64,000 nt of DNA from a virus (lineage: Duplodnaviria; Caudoviricetes): the IMG/VR virus record IMGVR_UViG_3300012979_001162, positions 32,001 to 96,000 of that record. One strand, 5' to 3'. Each line of letters begins with the position of its first letter. Within the stretch, counting starts at the first letter, position 1. The notes under the pieces were generated by a model. The model was not told the DNA's origin. It ran no database searches and was given only the letters and a program-made list of their open reading frames with translations. Below are positions 49,672 through 60,549 of the stretch, one piece after another. Made by a program: the position numbers and the translations under genes.

Positions 49672-50661
49672 TCATTCTTCCGTTTCTTTAATACCATATT
49701 GTTCATATAGGTGTCGCTGGGGCGCGAATTCTCCAAAATATTTCACCTCAGCGTTAAGCCGGGCACGAATAGCATCATCTTTGTTTTCAAAATAACCAAG
49801 ATGCATGTGTTTATTTTCCGCTTTAATATATGCCCTCCACTTACTATGTTTTTTGCTCCATCCCACTCCAATAAATCCACTTTTGTTGTTTTTATATAAA
49901 CTAATATTTTTCGCATTTTGTTCTACTGTTGCCGGTCTTAAATTTGATTTTTTGTTATTTAGCGGATTTCGATCTATGTGATCGCAATATTTACCTTTAA
50001 TCAAATAATGCATAGCAATACTTCTATTTAAAGTGCTATCGCGAGCCTCTAACCTGTGATAGTCATTGTTTTTATTTGAGGTCTCGCTCCAACAGTATTT
50101 TTTAATTTTATCGTAGTCATCAAGATCGAAATAAAATTCTCTATTTGTATTAGATGTCCACCCTATGCCGTATTCTCCACTTAAATCATACTTATTATAT
50201 TTCTTCATTGTTTCCGACGCCCTTTCTGATTGGAAACAGCCACAAGACAGTGTGTGCCCACATTGTAAATGAGATGCTCTTACAATAACATTATTATTCC
50301 CACACTCGCACTCACACAACCATTGCGGCATATGAGCTCCCTTATTATTTATATAATCATCTACACGTTTAACTACTGTTAACCTACTACTCTCAAATCC
50401 GTGCTCCTTCATAACCCAACCCGTCATATCAATAAAATTGGCGTTGCTTGCTCTTTCTTTTTGTAAACAACCACAAGATTGTGTTGTGCCATTTTTTAAA
50501 CGGTATCCAACAACAAGCGTTTTGTTGTGATTTTCGCATGAGCATTCGCATAACCATCGTGGCATATGGGCTCCTTTTGGAGAAACATAATCTTCCACTT
50601 GTTGAACAACCGTAAGCCTTCCAAAAACTCTTCCCGTTAAATCTTCTTTAACTTTAACCAT
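49672..50661 (-). CDS. HNH-AP2 homing endonuclease, paralogue of 13495-14262 with duplicated N-terminal module
   Basis: Two DxTG...SCGC modules; DHIDRNPLNNKKSNLR; AP2 domain. Confidence 0.88.
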   Translation of the reverse strand: MVKVKEDLTGRVFGRLTVVQQVEDYVSPKGAHMPRWLCECSCENHNKTLVVGYRLKNGTTQSCGCLQKERASNANFIDMTGWVMKEHGFESSRLTVVKRVDDYINNKGAHMPQWLCECECGNNNVIVRASHLQCGHTLSCGCFQSERASETMKKYNKYDLSGEYGIGWTSNTNREFYFDLDDYDKIKKYCWSETSNKNNDYHRLEARDSTLNRSIAMHYLIKGKYCDHIDRNPLNNKKSNLRPATVEQNAKNISLYKNNKSGFIGVGWSKKHSKWRAYIKAENKHMHLGYFENKDDAIRARLNAEVKYFGEFAPQRHLYEQYGIKETEE

Positions 50662-50721
50662 ATAAAACCTCCTTAATCATTTTGTATTGTTTAGTACAAT
50701 GAATAAAGGATTACATATCCC

Positions 50722-51672
50722 CTATTCAAAATACATAGAAAATTTATCTAACAATATTTGAGCATAAAACTCTTCCGACAAAATATCGTACCTTCTCGCC
50801 AACGACTCTGCTTGTTTTGTTTTAGTAAACTCTCTAAACTCTAACCCTGTTTCTTTTACACCTTGTTGAAGATGGTATAACAAACCACTATTTTGAAGGC
50901 TTCCACTCGTTACTCTGATCCCAAGGTCTTTAGATATTAATATCAACCTTCTTTGCACCCAGCGATAACGACGCTCTTGATCTTCTTTGCTATCTTGGTT
51001 GTCATTATCAGATAAACTATTACATCTTGCCTTATATAATCCAAGACTTCTGACCTTGGCAATACGATTAGTTTCCCCAAATGAAATTAATTCATCTTCT
51101 GTAAACCCTTGTTTCAACATATCGTAAGCACTCTCTGTGATGTCAATGATTTTACCACTCTTAAAATATACCTTTAAGTCGCTATGACTTACTTGATTCC
51201 ATTGCATAAAAGTCAGTTCTTTCAAAAGATTTCCTCCAACGCCATAGAACAGTAACCACACTATGCATTTGTCGGTCCAGTTGAGTAGTTGCTCTATAAT
51301 ATCCTCGACGTCATCTTTGCTCAAAATCAGGCTCTTCTGCTTTTCGGTATCAACAACCTCATTCAACATATCTTTCGTCATTTCCTCATAAGTGTTTGCA
51401 ACCTCTATGTTTTTCTTAAATGCAAACCATCTTGCGGCGTGTTTCAAAACCAAGTTGTTATTCTGCAACGTCACAACAGAGATAGCGTGGACGCTTTTAT
51501 ACATTTCCAACGCCTCTTCTGTTGTGAAGTCATAAAACGGTTTGTTGAACTTATGCTCAAATTCAACTGCTCTATTAAGCGTTGCTCTTGTGGTAGTCAT
51601 TATGATAACTTTGCTTCTTTGATACTCCTGTAGAAAGTCTTCTATTTCTACTTCGCTTGTATACACATACAT
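50722..51672 (-). CDS. MrpR (YopR)-like repressor with inactive tyrosine-recombinase fold
   Basis: Segments EHKFNKPFYDFT, LLNWTDKCIVWLLFYGVGG and VTSGSLQNSG resemble SPbeta YopR as recalled; no R, HxxR or Y catalytic set. Confidence 0.75.
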   Translation of the reverse strand: MYVYTSEVEIEDFLQEYQRSKVIIMTTTRATLNRAVEFEHKFNKPFYDFTTEEALEMYKSVHAISVVTLQNNNLVLKHAARWFAFKKNIEVANTYEEMTKDMLNEVVDTEKQKSLILSKDDVEDIIEQLLNWTDKCIVWLLFYGVGGNLLKELTFMQWNQVSHSDLKVYFKSGKIIDITESAYDMLKQGFTEDELISFGETNRIAKVRSLGLYKARCNSLSDNDNQDSKEDQERRYRWVQRRLILISKDLGIRVTSGSLQNSGLLYHLQQGVKETGLEFREFTKTKQAESLARRYDILSEEFYAQILLDKFSMYFE

Positions 51673-51704
51673 CGACTCCTTATTTTTTTATCGTTTTTAT
51701 TATA

Positions 51705-51735
51705 ACACTACAAAATGATGAACGCAATCATTTTG
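51705..51735 (-). promoter_or_regulatory. Inverted pair of operator motifs over the repressor promoter
   Basis: ACAAAATGAT-GAACGCA-ATCATTTTGT; TTGCGT-17-TATAAT with TG extension. Confidence 0.7.
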
Positions 51736-51738
51736 TTT

Positions 51739-52725
51739 TTAAAAAAGATTGTCAAGAACTCCCTTTGTTTTCTCTCTATCCTCATTAAATACGTCCAAAT
51801 AACGCATAGTTACTCCGATTCCGCTATGACCAAGTTGTTGCGCAATCGCCTTTACTGGAACACCCGCCTTCGCCAAAGCACAAGCTGAAGATGCGCGAAG
51901 CTTATGGAATGTAACTCTTTTAATTCCCGCCCAATCACAATACTTCTCCAACATATCATTAGCATCCCATACAGATAATCTATTATAACCTTTGGTAAGA
52001 AACAATGCCTGAGAATCAACGTCTTTATACTCATTTGCTCTAAACTCAACATATTCTCTCAACATATTCATCGTATTCTCACCCATAGGAATTTCGCGCA
52101 CCTTCTGTCTCTTCTCAACAACCTGAATAACACTATTCTCAAAATCAATGTCCTCCACGTTGATGTTAACAATTGCACTCACACGAAGAGCGGTAGCAAG
52201 AGCAAGACTAATAATAGTCCTGTCTCTCATTCGAAACACTTCGTTCTCATTCTTATCAATCGCCTTGAACAACTTGCTAATCTCCGCCTTTGTTAAATAC
52301 GTTACTTTATGTTCCGTATTATTCTTAGGTCTATTCACAACGCCCATAGGATTTTTATCAATATATCCCCTCTTAAGACACCAATCAAAAAACGTATTCA
52401 AAGAGCTCCAACGAGACTGAAGGATATCATCACCCATTCTCTTAATTCCTCTTGCCGTTTCTTTGGTTTCTAGAGAAATCATATAGTTTTCCACGTCGGA
52501 CGGCGTAATATGTTTGTAGAAATCCTCTGCGACATCACCATCACATACAAATCTTGCAAAATGCAACACGTTGTTGATATACACGTTTACCGTCGTATAA
52601 GACTTTCTATTTGCTCTCATTGAAGTACAATATTCACCAATAATTTTCGGCATCCCCTTCAATTTTTCCTTCATCTTTTCATAAAATTGAGTTTCTTTTT
52701 CCAACCTTCCAGCTATGTTATTCAT
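51739..52725 (-). CDS. Tyrosine recombinase (XerC/D-like), catalytic residues intact
   Basis: TALRVS, K, HKLR, LGH, MRY; N-terminal SAM-like domain. Confidence 0.92.
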   Translation of the reverse strand: MNNIAGRLEKETQFYEKMKEKLKGMPKIIGEYCTSMRANRKSYTTVNVYINNVLHFARFVCDGDVAEDFYKHITPSDVENYMISLETKETARGIKRMGDDILQSRWSSLNTFFDWCLKRGYIDKNPMGVVNRPKNNTEHKVTYLTKAEISKLFKAIDKNENEVFRMRDRTIISLALATALRVSAIVNINVEDIDFENSVIQVVEKRQKVREIPMGENTMNMLREYVEFRANEYKDVDSQALFLTKGYNRLSVWDANDMLEKYCDWAGIKRVTFHKLRASSACALAKAGVPVKAIAQQLGHSGIGVTMRYLDVFNEDREKTKGVLDNLF

Positions 52726-52737
52726 AATAACCTCCTA

Positions 52738-53665
52738 TTATTTTTTAATTTTATGTCTTGTGATATATTTACGCCAAATTATAGTTGCCACAATCCAAAT
52801 AATCCAATTGCCCTTAAAAATCGTTGCGATTGCCATAACAACAATCCACAAAATAGTGGCCTCGTCGTTTTCTAAGCTATTTGGATGATCGTACCTTCTG
52901 TACCGCTCTTCAAAGCTTTCTTTTGGCGGCTGATTTTTTGCTTTTTCTTGCTCTCGCTCTTCGTCCCGCTTTTTTATCTCATCCAAGAACTCATTCAATT
53001 CCTTCTCTCGTTCTTCCGGCGTAAGATTTTTATTTCTATGGTACTCTGCAAGCCACTCTTCCTTGGTTTGCCCGGGCCATTCTCTAATCACCGTGCCACC
53101 TCCTTATACCGCCATGCTTGTAGTCATCTGCCTTCTTGCTTTACGCAATTCTTTCTTCTGCTCATGTTGTCTCCAGAAGTCGTGTTCTTCACATCTGGTG
53201 AATGCATCACACTGTCTACCATGCTTACACAGACATCCGTGCTGTTTCATTGTCTTGACAGTCATAGCGGTTTTATGATATCTACACATCCCAACCGCTC
53301 TATTTTTACTAATCGTGCTCCCATATAGACCTGGGAGCAATTCCGTCTGATTTACATCCATTATAACATAACCTCCCTTCAATCATTTTGATTCGTCATT
53401 AAATTTCATCAACGCAACTTGCCGCTTCTTCTGCTGCCTCAATTGCATTGCCCATAGATTCTATTGCCTCATTCATCGCATCAATTGCTTCTTCTGCATC
53501 CATTGCCCTTTGGCTGCTTTGAAGATTCTCTGGGATATTATTAAAATAGTCATCTTCTTCAGAGCAAATATTCTCAAGTACATCCTTTAGTTCTTCACCT
53601 TGCGCCGCCCAATCTTCTGCCTTCTTAACCCATTCCATCAATTCCTTGCGTCTATTCTTGTTCAT
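52738..53665 (-). CDS. Three small hypothetical genes (52738-53091 with C-terminal TM, 53104-53382, 53399-53665)
   Basis: RBS-bearing ORFs. Confidence 0.6.
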
Positions 53666-53695
53666 AATAAAATTTCTCCTTTTAATTTGTATCTT

Positions 53696-53757
53696 AATTA
53701 TACATTATTTTTTGGTGTTGTCAATAATTTTGTTGTGTATTTTACAAAACGTTTACA
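53696..53757 (-). promoter_or_regulatory. Modular promoter with operator variant overlapping -35
   Basis: Repeat 53741-53757; ACACAACAAAATTATT runs into TTGACA; TATAAT 17 bp downstream. Confidence 0.75.
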
Positions 53758-53758
53758 A

Positions 53759-54280
53759 TTATGCCGTCTTCATTCTCTTTGCCATGGCTTGTCCGTATGG
53801 TTTAAACGCTTCTTGCTCATCATAATTTGCTTCATTTAATATGTTCTGTCTCTCCTCCTCACTGAGAATTCTAGTAACCTTAATTCTATCTGCGATAATC
53901 CAAACCGCGTTATTATTTTCCTTAAACAGATAGAAGCCATTCTCAGGTAATCTATCTGTAAAACACTTCTTTTTTGTTTTTAAGGCTTCTTCTGTGTAGT
54001 CAATATCTGCACAATATTGTACCTCTGCCCACACCCTCCTGAACCTCTTCCCTCGTTGTGAACGATAAGTTCCATCATGGCTCATAAGATGAACAGCCGA
54101 CGGCAAATCTCGGCCTATATGCCATCCAAAACGCGGCGCAAACCCCTTTGTAGGAATACCTTCTGCCATAATCCACTCATTCATTGGTGTCTCTTTTGTT
54201 TTACCAATAAATAGCGGAAATAATACTCCATCGTCTCTTTGTTCGAACAACTTCCATCCTTTTGCAATTTTCATAATCAC
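53759..54280 (-). CDS. Hypothetical phage protein
   Basis: GWKLFE...LFPLFI...GFAPRFGWH; AGGAGG RBS. Confidence 0.65.
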   Translation of the reverse strand: MIMKIAKGWKLFEQRDDGVLFPLFIGKTKETPMNEWIMAEGIPTKGFAPRFGWHIGRDLPSAVHLMSHDGTYRSQRGKRFRRVWAEVQYCADIDYTEEALKTKKKCFTDRLPENGFYLFKENNNAVWIIADRIKVTRILSEEERQNILNEANYDEQEAFKPYGQAMAKRMKTA

Positions 54281-54341
54281 TTTACCTCCTTATTATATAA
54301 TCATTTGTAATCAAAAAAGAGATGATTGCTCATCTCTTAAT

Positions 54342-54701
54342 TTATCTTGCCAATCTCTTTTCAATCCACTCTCCGATAGACGATACATCGAACTCACTCT
54401 TGTCGGCACATAAAACCTCAACTCCCATATCTTTGAGTTGACTCATAAGCATTAACAACTTTGCAGTGCTTCTTGAAAGTCTTGTAAGGTTTGTTATAAC
54501 TACCGTATCTCCATTTTTTAATTCTCCAAGAAGGTGCTTAAACTCTGGTCCAATGTCCAAACCGCTTACACCATCATCACAAAAGAAGCCATCAACTTTT
54601 AAGTTATTACCCTCACAATAATCGGCAATTACCCTCATTTGTTCATTTATTTCCTCTTTACTTGCTAACGCAACTCTACAATATCCATATACTTTACACA
54701 A
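54342..54701 (-). CDS. Resolvase catalytic-domain-only protein lacking the catalytic serine
   Basis: YGYCRVA in place of YxRVS, DDGVSG, GDTVVITNLTRLSR; no HTH. Confidence 0.75.
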   Translation of the reverse strand: MCKVYGYCRVALASKEEINEQMRVIADYCEGNNLKVDGFFCDDGVSGLDIGPEFKHLLGELKNGDTVVITNLTRLSRSTAKLLMLMSQLKDMGVEVLCADKSEFDVSSIGEWIEKRLAR

Positions 54702-54757
54702 TACAAACCTCTCCTTTTATAATCATTTTGTTTGGTATCTATTCAACAAAGACCTGC

Positions 54758-57700
54758 TTATTCGCAGATCTTGTTGATATCATTTTGCATTTGGCTCAAG
54801 CACTTATCGCAAATATGAAAAGATATAATGTTATCTACTGGATGAATACGCTGAATTTTTATGCTAATATGTCCATCGACCGCACTACAAACTAGACAAC
54901 GATTCCCTTCTTCACTTTGAGTTAATTCAATAATTTTATTTTCCATTATACATTCCTCCTAAATATTTTATTCTTCTATATGAAACTTATCATAACATTC
55001 TTTGTGAACGCCACTATTGAAGATGTCTATAATTGCAATTGCTACTTCCTTTGCATACTTCATAAGCTCAACATGCTCATCTATTTGTTCTGGATACAAT
55101 CTTTGGTGTCCGGCAGACATATAAATACCGGATGGATAACATTTGTCGCCATGATAATCTTCTTGAAGATAAAATTCAATCTTATCATTAAGTCTCTCGT
55201 TTGTTCTAATCGCTACACTATAAATATTTCCATTAGACGGATATTGTGAAAACCACACCTTTGTTCCGTCGATGTCATATCTGTAGAAGATATCACCCTC
55301 ATCTCTTGCTTTTGTTAATTCTAATACTGTTTTCATAATTATCCCTCCATTATAATAAGACATCTATCATCTCTATTGTAAATTCATCATGTTCATAGTC
55401 CAACCCAACATAAGCCATTTCGGCCCAACACATAGCATCTTCTGCATCATCATGTCCAACAACCGGCTCAAGCCTTTCATACAAATCATAACTCTCCCTA
55501 TAATAATACGCACATTTTGGGTCTTTTGTAAAGACCAATCTTGCTTCTACGCCATAACTAAATTTCATAATTAATCCTCCACAATATATCCATGCAATGA
55601 TAACCAATTTCTCTGCTCTGCAGAAAGCCCGGGACGATAATGTTGAAAATATCCATACTCATCTTCCAGCGCAACTTTTACCCAGCCTTCCATTTCCAAT
55701 GCTATTTCGCCACCACCAAGATGATGAGCAAGCGTAACGTGCTCGCAATGATTGCAAGGATAATGTCTACCCTCCAGAGAAAGCCAACCAATCTTCCAGT
55801 CTTTGTCCTGTTCCTGATAATACTCAAACATCTTTTCTTTAAGCCACTTAAGCTCCTTGACAATTTTTTCAGCCAGAGCATACTGCCTGTCGCTCAAATC
55901 ATAATCAATTATATAATGTCTTCCAATATCAATATTACCAAGAGTAATTTCGTTTCCCGATCTTGACAGCTTTATAAGAGAAATCTCTTGATAAACACAA
56001 TCTCCAATCTCTTCGCCCCATGTCTCTGGACTAGTCGGAGACCAATACGTACCCTTGGGAAAACTGAAACAAAGGAAGTCAAAGAAATCATTAATCATGT
56101 TCCACGTCATTTTAAAGGTATATTTTCCGTGAAAACTATATTGCCATTTCTGCGGTTTGTTCAACTCCAAAATTGTATCTTTCCATTCATTCCAAAATAC
56201 AGAAACATCATATTTCTTTTGGACCATCTTAACTGCATAGTTGTGTTTCGGGCAATTCATAAAGTCGCACTTCTCACAATCGCATTTAAAAGGATTGATC
56301 GTTCGACCAATATCAAACTTCTGACCTTTAACCGGAACAAATTCCAAATACATATTAGTCCTCCTTAAGAATGCTTGCATATTTCTTTAAATTTACATTC
56401 AACCACATTTCTCCATCCTTTGGCCCACAAAGAACAACTCCAAAACAAGCGTTATCTCTACCAAACTGGTAGATCACATCATTAACACAATAATCATCGC
56501 CATCCTTACGATACCAATCACCCTTAGACTCTTTCAGCAACTTCTTAAATTCGTCAATGTGTAATCCATGAAACTTCGGCAATCTCCAATCTACCGAAGG
56601 GTCAAGCTCAATTTTACACTTCGCAAACAGATTGCGCAGCGTCACTCTTTCGTGCCACTCAAGCCTACAATAATCCAAGCCTTCCTGAAAGCTCAGCGCA
56701 TCGGCAATGACTTCAAGGCCAGACTTCAGACACATGCGTCTTCTTTCTTCCATATCCCAAAAATAATCAATGCCGCGACAATCTTGCTTTAAGAGCGCCC
56801 AGCAATCGTTGCCGGTTTTATCTATCACTCTGTTCAACACATTAAACTCATAACTCGTAAGCGTTTTATATGCTTTTCTCATTATCTTTTCTCCTTAAAA
56901 AGTAAAATCTTGATACACCTCAGTATCACCCTTAAGCTCTATTCCCTTGGAAATATCATCCCATTTCTGGCACCAATACTTCTTCGTACTTCGGTCATAG
57001 TCTTCTTTAATATAAACCTGTGATGGCTTCGCTTCTTGTTCATTCATCGGTTTTCTTGTGAAGTATTCGCCGCGCTTCAGCTCTTTAAGTTTCATAACAA
57101 CCTCCTTTTAATAATCATCATCCAAATTATCTTGCCAATCTTCTGGCGGCAAGAGTTCTTGCCCAGACAAATTATACCACTGCCCGCACTGACCACATCG
57201 ACAGGCACCATAATATTCATCATACAAATATACCTCGTTTCCGCAATGACATGTACCATGTGCATCATCTCTGACCGTCCACGATTCTTTTACAATCTTA
57301 TCAAAGCGCACAAACTTACCTGGGTTTTCTAAACACCACTTATAATTTTTAAGTGCGTCTGGATTAAGATCATCAAATACTTTTCCATTTTCATCACACG
57401 GAAAACCAAATCCGTTTCTATGACCATCATCAAATACCTTACTGTATTCGACGACCGTTCTGTATTGTGCCGGTGTGTAATTTTCTATCATAACCAAATC
57501 TCCTTATGGTTCATAATCAAACTCTCGAAGTCCGCCGCTATCCCTGACGTATTCCATACAATCTTCGATATCAAACTCCTTATCCATCTCTTCGCATTCT
57601 CCTTCGTAATACAAGAAAATCATATCGATTAAATTATTCATTGTGGTCTGCGGTTCATAACCTTGCCCTCTAATCCAATTTGCCATATGGTCATAGTCAC

Positions 57701-58875
57701 ACCATTTTTCTTTTGGATAAGTTGAATAATCCTTTTCTTCAAACCATCTACCAAACCAGTCTACCATATTGTTTGCCTCCTTCAAAAATATCCTTTATCG
57801 ATTTTTACTTGCAATAACTCTTGCTCTCCATTCGTTATATAGAATTGCATTTTCAAGAGTATCAACATTTGTTTCTTTATCGTAGTCCACGGAATATTCT
57901 CTTGGATGTACTTCTGATAAAACCTTAATATTATATCTTTGACCATCGTCACAAATACAATAAGCAAATGTATTTCTCGCATAATCATATCTGCCCTTAG
58001 AACATTTTAAAATTTTTCCTTCGGGCTTATTTCCTTTAAACATTTTTCTTGCGGTCATATAACCCCTCCTTCTATTTCCAATAAGTTTTACAAAATCCCT
58101 GATTCGGGTCGCCATAACTCCTCATATCACACTCTTCATACGTTCCTTGATATGAAGCCGACACAAGTTTTAGCGGATATTTGAGCTTATCAACCTGTTT
58201 GTCATAACATCCAATTTCAATTCCCTTGCAACGATTGCTCTGTAAACAAGTCTTTCCACGCTTCAAAATATCTTCCATTGTAGACGGATACTCATCACCA
58301 TCGAATATCATTCCTTCGCATTTGTTCCAGTATGCAAGAATTCCATACAGGTCTGCTGTTTCTCTTGTATCGTCATATTCAAATACATACCCATAATCAT
58401 AGTAGGTATCCTTGATATATCCTCCACCAAATTCCTGCGGTATCAAAATCTTATAACGATCACCATCTGTTAAATTGCTTCTCTTTGTAGTTTTATCTGC
58501 TCTCATCCAAGAAAAACTTCCCATATTATTTATTCTCCTTTATTCAAACCAATAATCTCCACACGGAGTATCTTCATTTACTTGTGTAATGTGCAACATC
58601 TTTCCGGGGGTTCCGTTAAAATATTCTCGACAAATATCAAGAGCCTCATCTTCTGTTCGGTCTCCAATGTAATCAACTCGCTCATTAATATAATCATAGA
58701 ATCTCAGTTCCTCAAACAGTGTCTGAATCTCTTCTATGGTCATATAGAAAAATGTCCATTCTGCAATTCTATAACAAGTTACTGATTCGACTCCGTCATT
58801 ATAATAAACATTCCCAGATATATGAACGACCTTGCGGTCGCCGTTCATTTCTACTGAGTAAAAATATCTATCCAT
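54758..58875 (-). CDS. Run of small hypothetical early genes (54758-54946, 54968-55336, 55350-55568, 55571-56353, 56355-56882, 56895-57095, 57108-57497, 57504-57785, 57795-58058, 58072-58524, 58540-58875)
   Basis: Contiguous ORFs with AGGAG RBSs. Confidence 0.65.
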
Positions 58876-58887
58876 ATTAACCTCCTA

Positions 58888-59535
58888 TTAATTAATCCAT
58901 TTTAATGTTGTATCTCCGTGATAACCCTTATACCAAACAAACCACGCATAACACTTTGCACTACTCGCTTTCTTGGGTGTACCATCCTTGTTATAAATCG
59001 TATTACCCTCTTTGTCTTTTGCTGTAAAATCACCATTCGGGCCACACAACACTCTGTTGACACAAACATATACAGTCTTTGGCGGCGTTTCTGTAAATAA
59101 CTTTCTTCTGCCCTCACTCTCAAGGAACTGTATAGGTAAAAACAATGCAACCTTGCCACCCTCAGGAACTAATTCTAAACAATGTTCTACCCATTCTTTT
59201 GCACAAGCGTAAGGTGGGTTGGTTACTATATTTGGGGCCAACGTTTCTGTACATTCAAAAAAATCAACTCCGCCCTGTCCATAACCCCTGTCAATTAGGT
59301 CTGTGCTTACTACGTCATAGCCAAGTTCTTCGAATCGCCGGGCTAAATGTCCCCCTCCGCAACAATTCTCCCATATCCCACCATCAAAGGCTTCTACTCC
59401 ACAAATCAAATCGGCACACAAAGGCTCGGAAGCATAATAATCATGCTCGGCTCGGTCATGATTTGTATGATTCGATGCCCCTAGTGTTACGAATGTTGTT
59501 TTATGATTGCCCGTCCAGTCTTTCTGCTGCTTCAT
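58888..59535 (-). CDS. Amino (N6-A/N4-C) DNA methyltransferase
   Basis: WENCCGGGHL motif I, VSTDL, VDF, IVTNPPY motif IV. Confidence 0.85.
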   Translation of the reverse strand: MKQQKDWTGNHKTTFVTLGASNHTNHDRAEHDYYASEPLCADLICGVEAFDGGIWENCCGGGHLARRFEELGYDVVSTDLIDRGYGQGGVDFFECTETLAPNIVTNPPYACAKEWVEHCLELVPEGGKVALFLPIQFLESEGRRKLFTETPPKTVYVCVNRVLCGPNGDFTAKDKEGNTIYNKDGTPKKASSAKCYAWFVWYKGYHGDTTLKWIN

Positions 59536-59558
59536 GATGTCTATTTCCCTTTCTTAAA

Positions 59559-59780
59559 TTAAATTCCTAAATCCATTTCTCGATAACGTATAAACTTCTC
59601 TTTCGTTTCTACGTTCAGCTTCTTCCCATAAGGAGAAAATGGATCTGTTGTAATGTTCCTCATGTCGTTGAGCGCCTTCTCAAAAACCTCGCGCTCGTCA
59701 TTTATTGTTCTTCTCCAGAAATTTTGACAATCCCTAAAAAAGTGCTCCATTACTAATTGTGTATCGTGTTCATTTAACAT
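59559..59780 (-). CDS. Hypothetical protein
   Basis: Short ORF with RBS. Confidence 0.55.
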   Translation of the reverse strand: MLNEHDTQLVMEHFFRDCQNFWRRTINDEREVFEKALNDMRNITTDPFSPYGKKLNVETKEKFIRYREMDLGI

Positions 59781-59814
59781 TTATACCATCCTTCCACAAA
59801 TCATTTTGTATTGT

Positions 59815-60501
59815 TTAATGTTCATCAAAATAAACTGCCTTTACCTTCTTGTTCCAACATACTCCGCAAGCTGAACAGTTAGTCTCTCTGCCGGGACAAT
59901 GGAACGCATTCTTTGGAATTTCAGGTGTAAATCTTTCATCCTTAAACTTCACATATGCAATAGGCAATCCGTGAGGATTAGGTACTTCCCAAAGTACATC
60001 CCAAGCAGAGAAGAAGATATTATAATTCTCAGGAAGCTTTCCGCCATCATCCAAATACTTATTTACCAAATCATATTTCTTCGTATATGCCATAAACTTC
60101 ACATTAGGAAACTTCTTTGCAAGCTCTACACTTCTTTCCAAGAATTCCACATCAGGATAGTCTCCAGAATCAAAGAATCTTACCATAGGCAGCCCACTGA
60201 ACTTAATCTTGTAATGCAATTGTTCAAAGAAATCATCCGCGCTATTGTTGTACAGTCTCAAATTTCTATAATAGGCACCCTGAACATTCGCAAAGCTCTG
60301 ACATCCGTGTTGAGCATAACACTTCAAATAACAAGGCGCATTCGGATTGCAAACGCTTACAGGAAATGGTACAGAAAGGCAAGCCTTTCCAAGTTTTCTG
60401 TTGTTATTATTTGCACAAATCTCATTGGTACGAAGTGCGAACTCCTCTATCTTTAATATCTTTTCTTCTTGCGTAAACTTATAATTATCTCTCTTTCCCA
60501 T
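59815..60501 (-). CDS. Gene product 88 (GP88)-like, radical-SAM-related protein
   Basis: NRKLG, C...APC...CYA, RFFDSGD, AYTK, CPG...CSACGVCW. Confidence 0.75.
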   Translation of the reverse strand: MGKRDNYKFTQEEKILKIEEFALRTNEICANNNNRKLGKACLSVPFPVSVCNPNAPCYLKCYAQHGCQSFANVQGAYYRNLRLYNNSADDFFEQLHYKIKFSGLPMVRFFDSGDYPDVEFLERSVELAKKFPNVKFMAYTKKYDLVNKYLDDGGKLPENYNIFFSAWDVLWEVPNPHGLPIAYVKFKDERFTPEIPKNAFHCPGRETNCSACGVCWNKKVKAVYFDEH

Positions 60502-60549
60502 TTTGCATTTCTCCTTCATTATATCATATTTTAATCATTTTGTATTGCT

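Noticed and set aside
58888-60501. Methyltransferase plus GP88-like protein as a DNA hypermodification or restriction system
   Set aside because: No cognate endonuclease or modification-pathway genes nearby; both are common orphan phage genes
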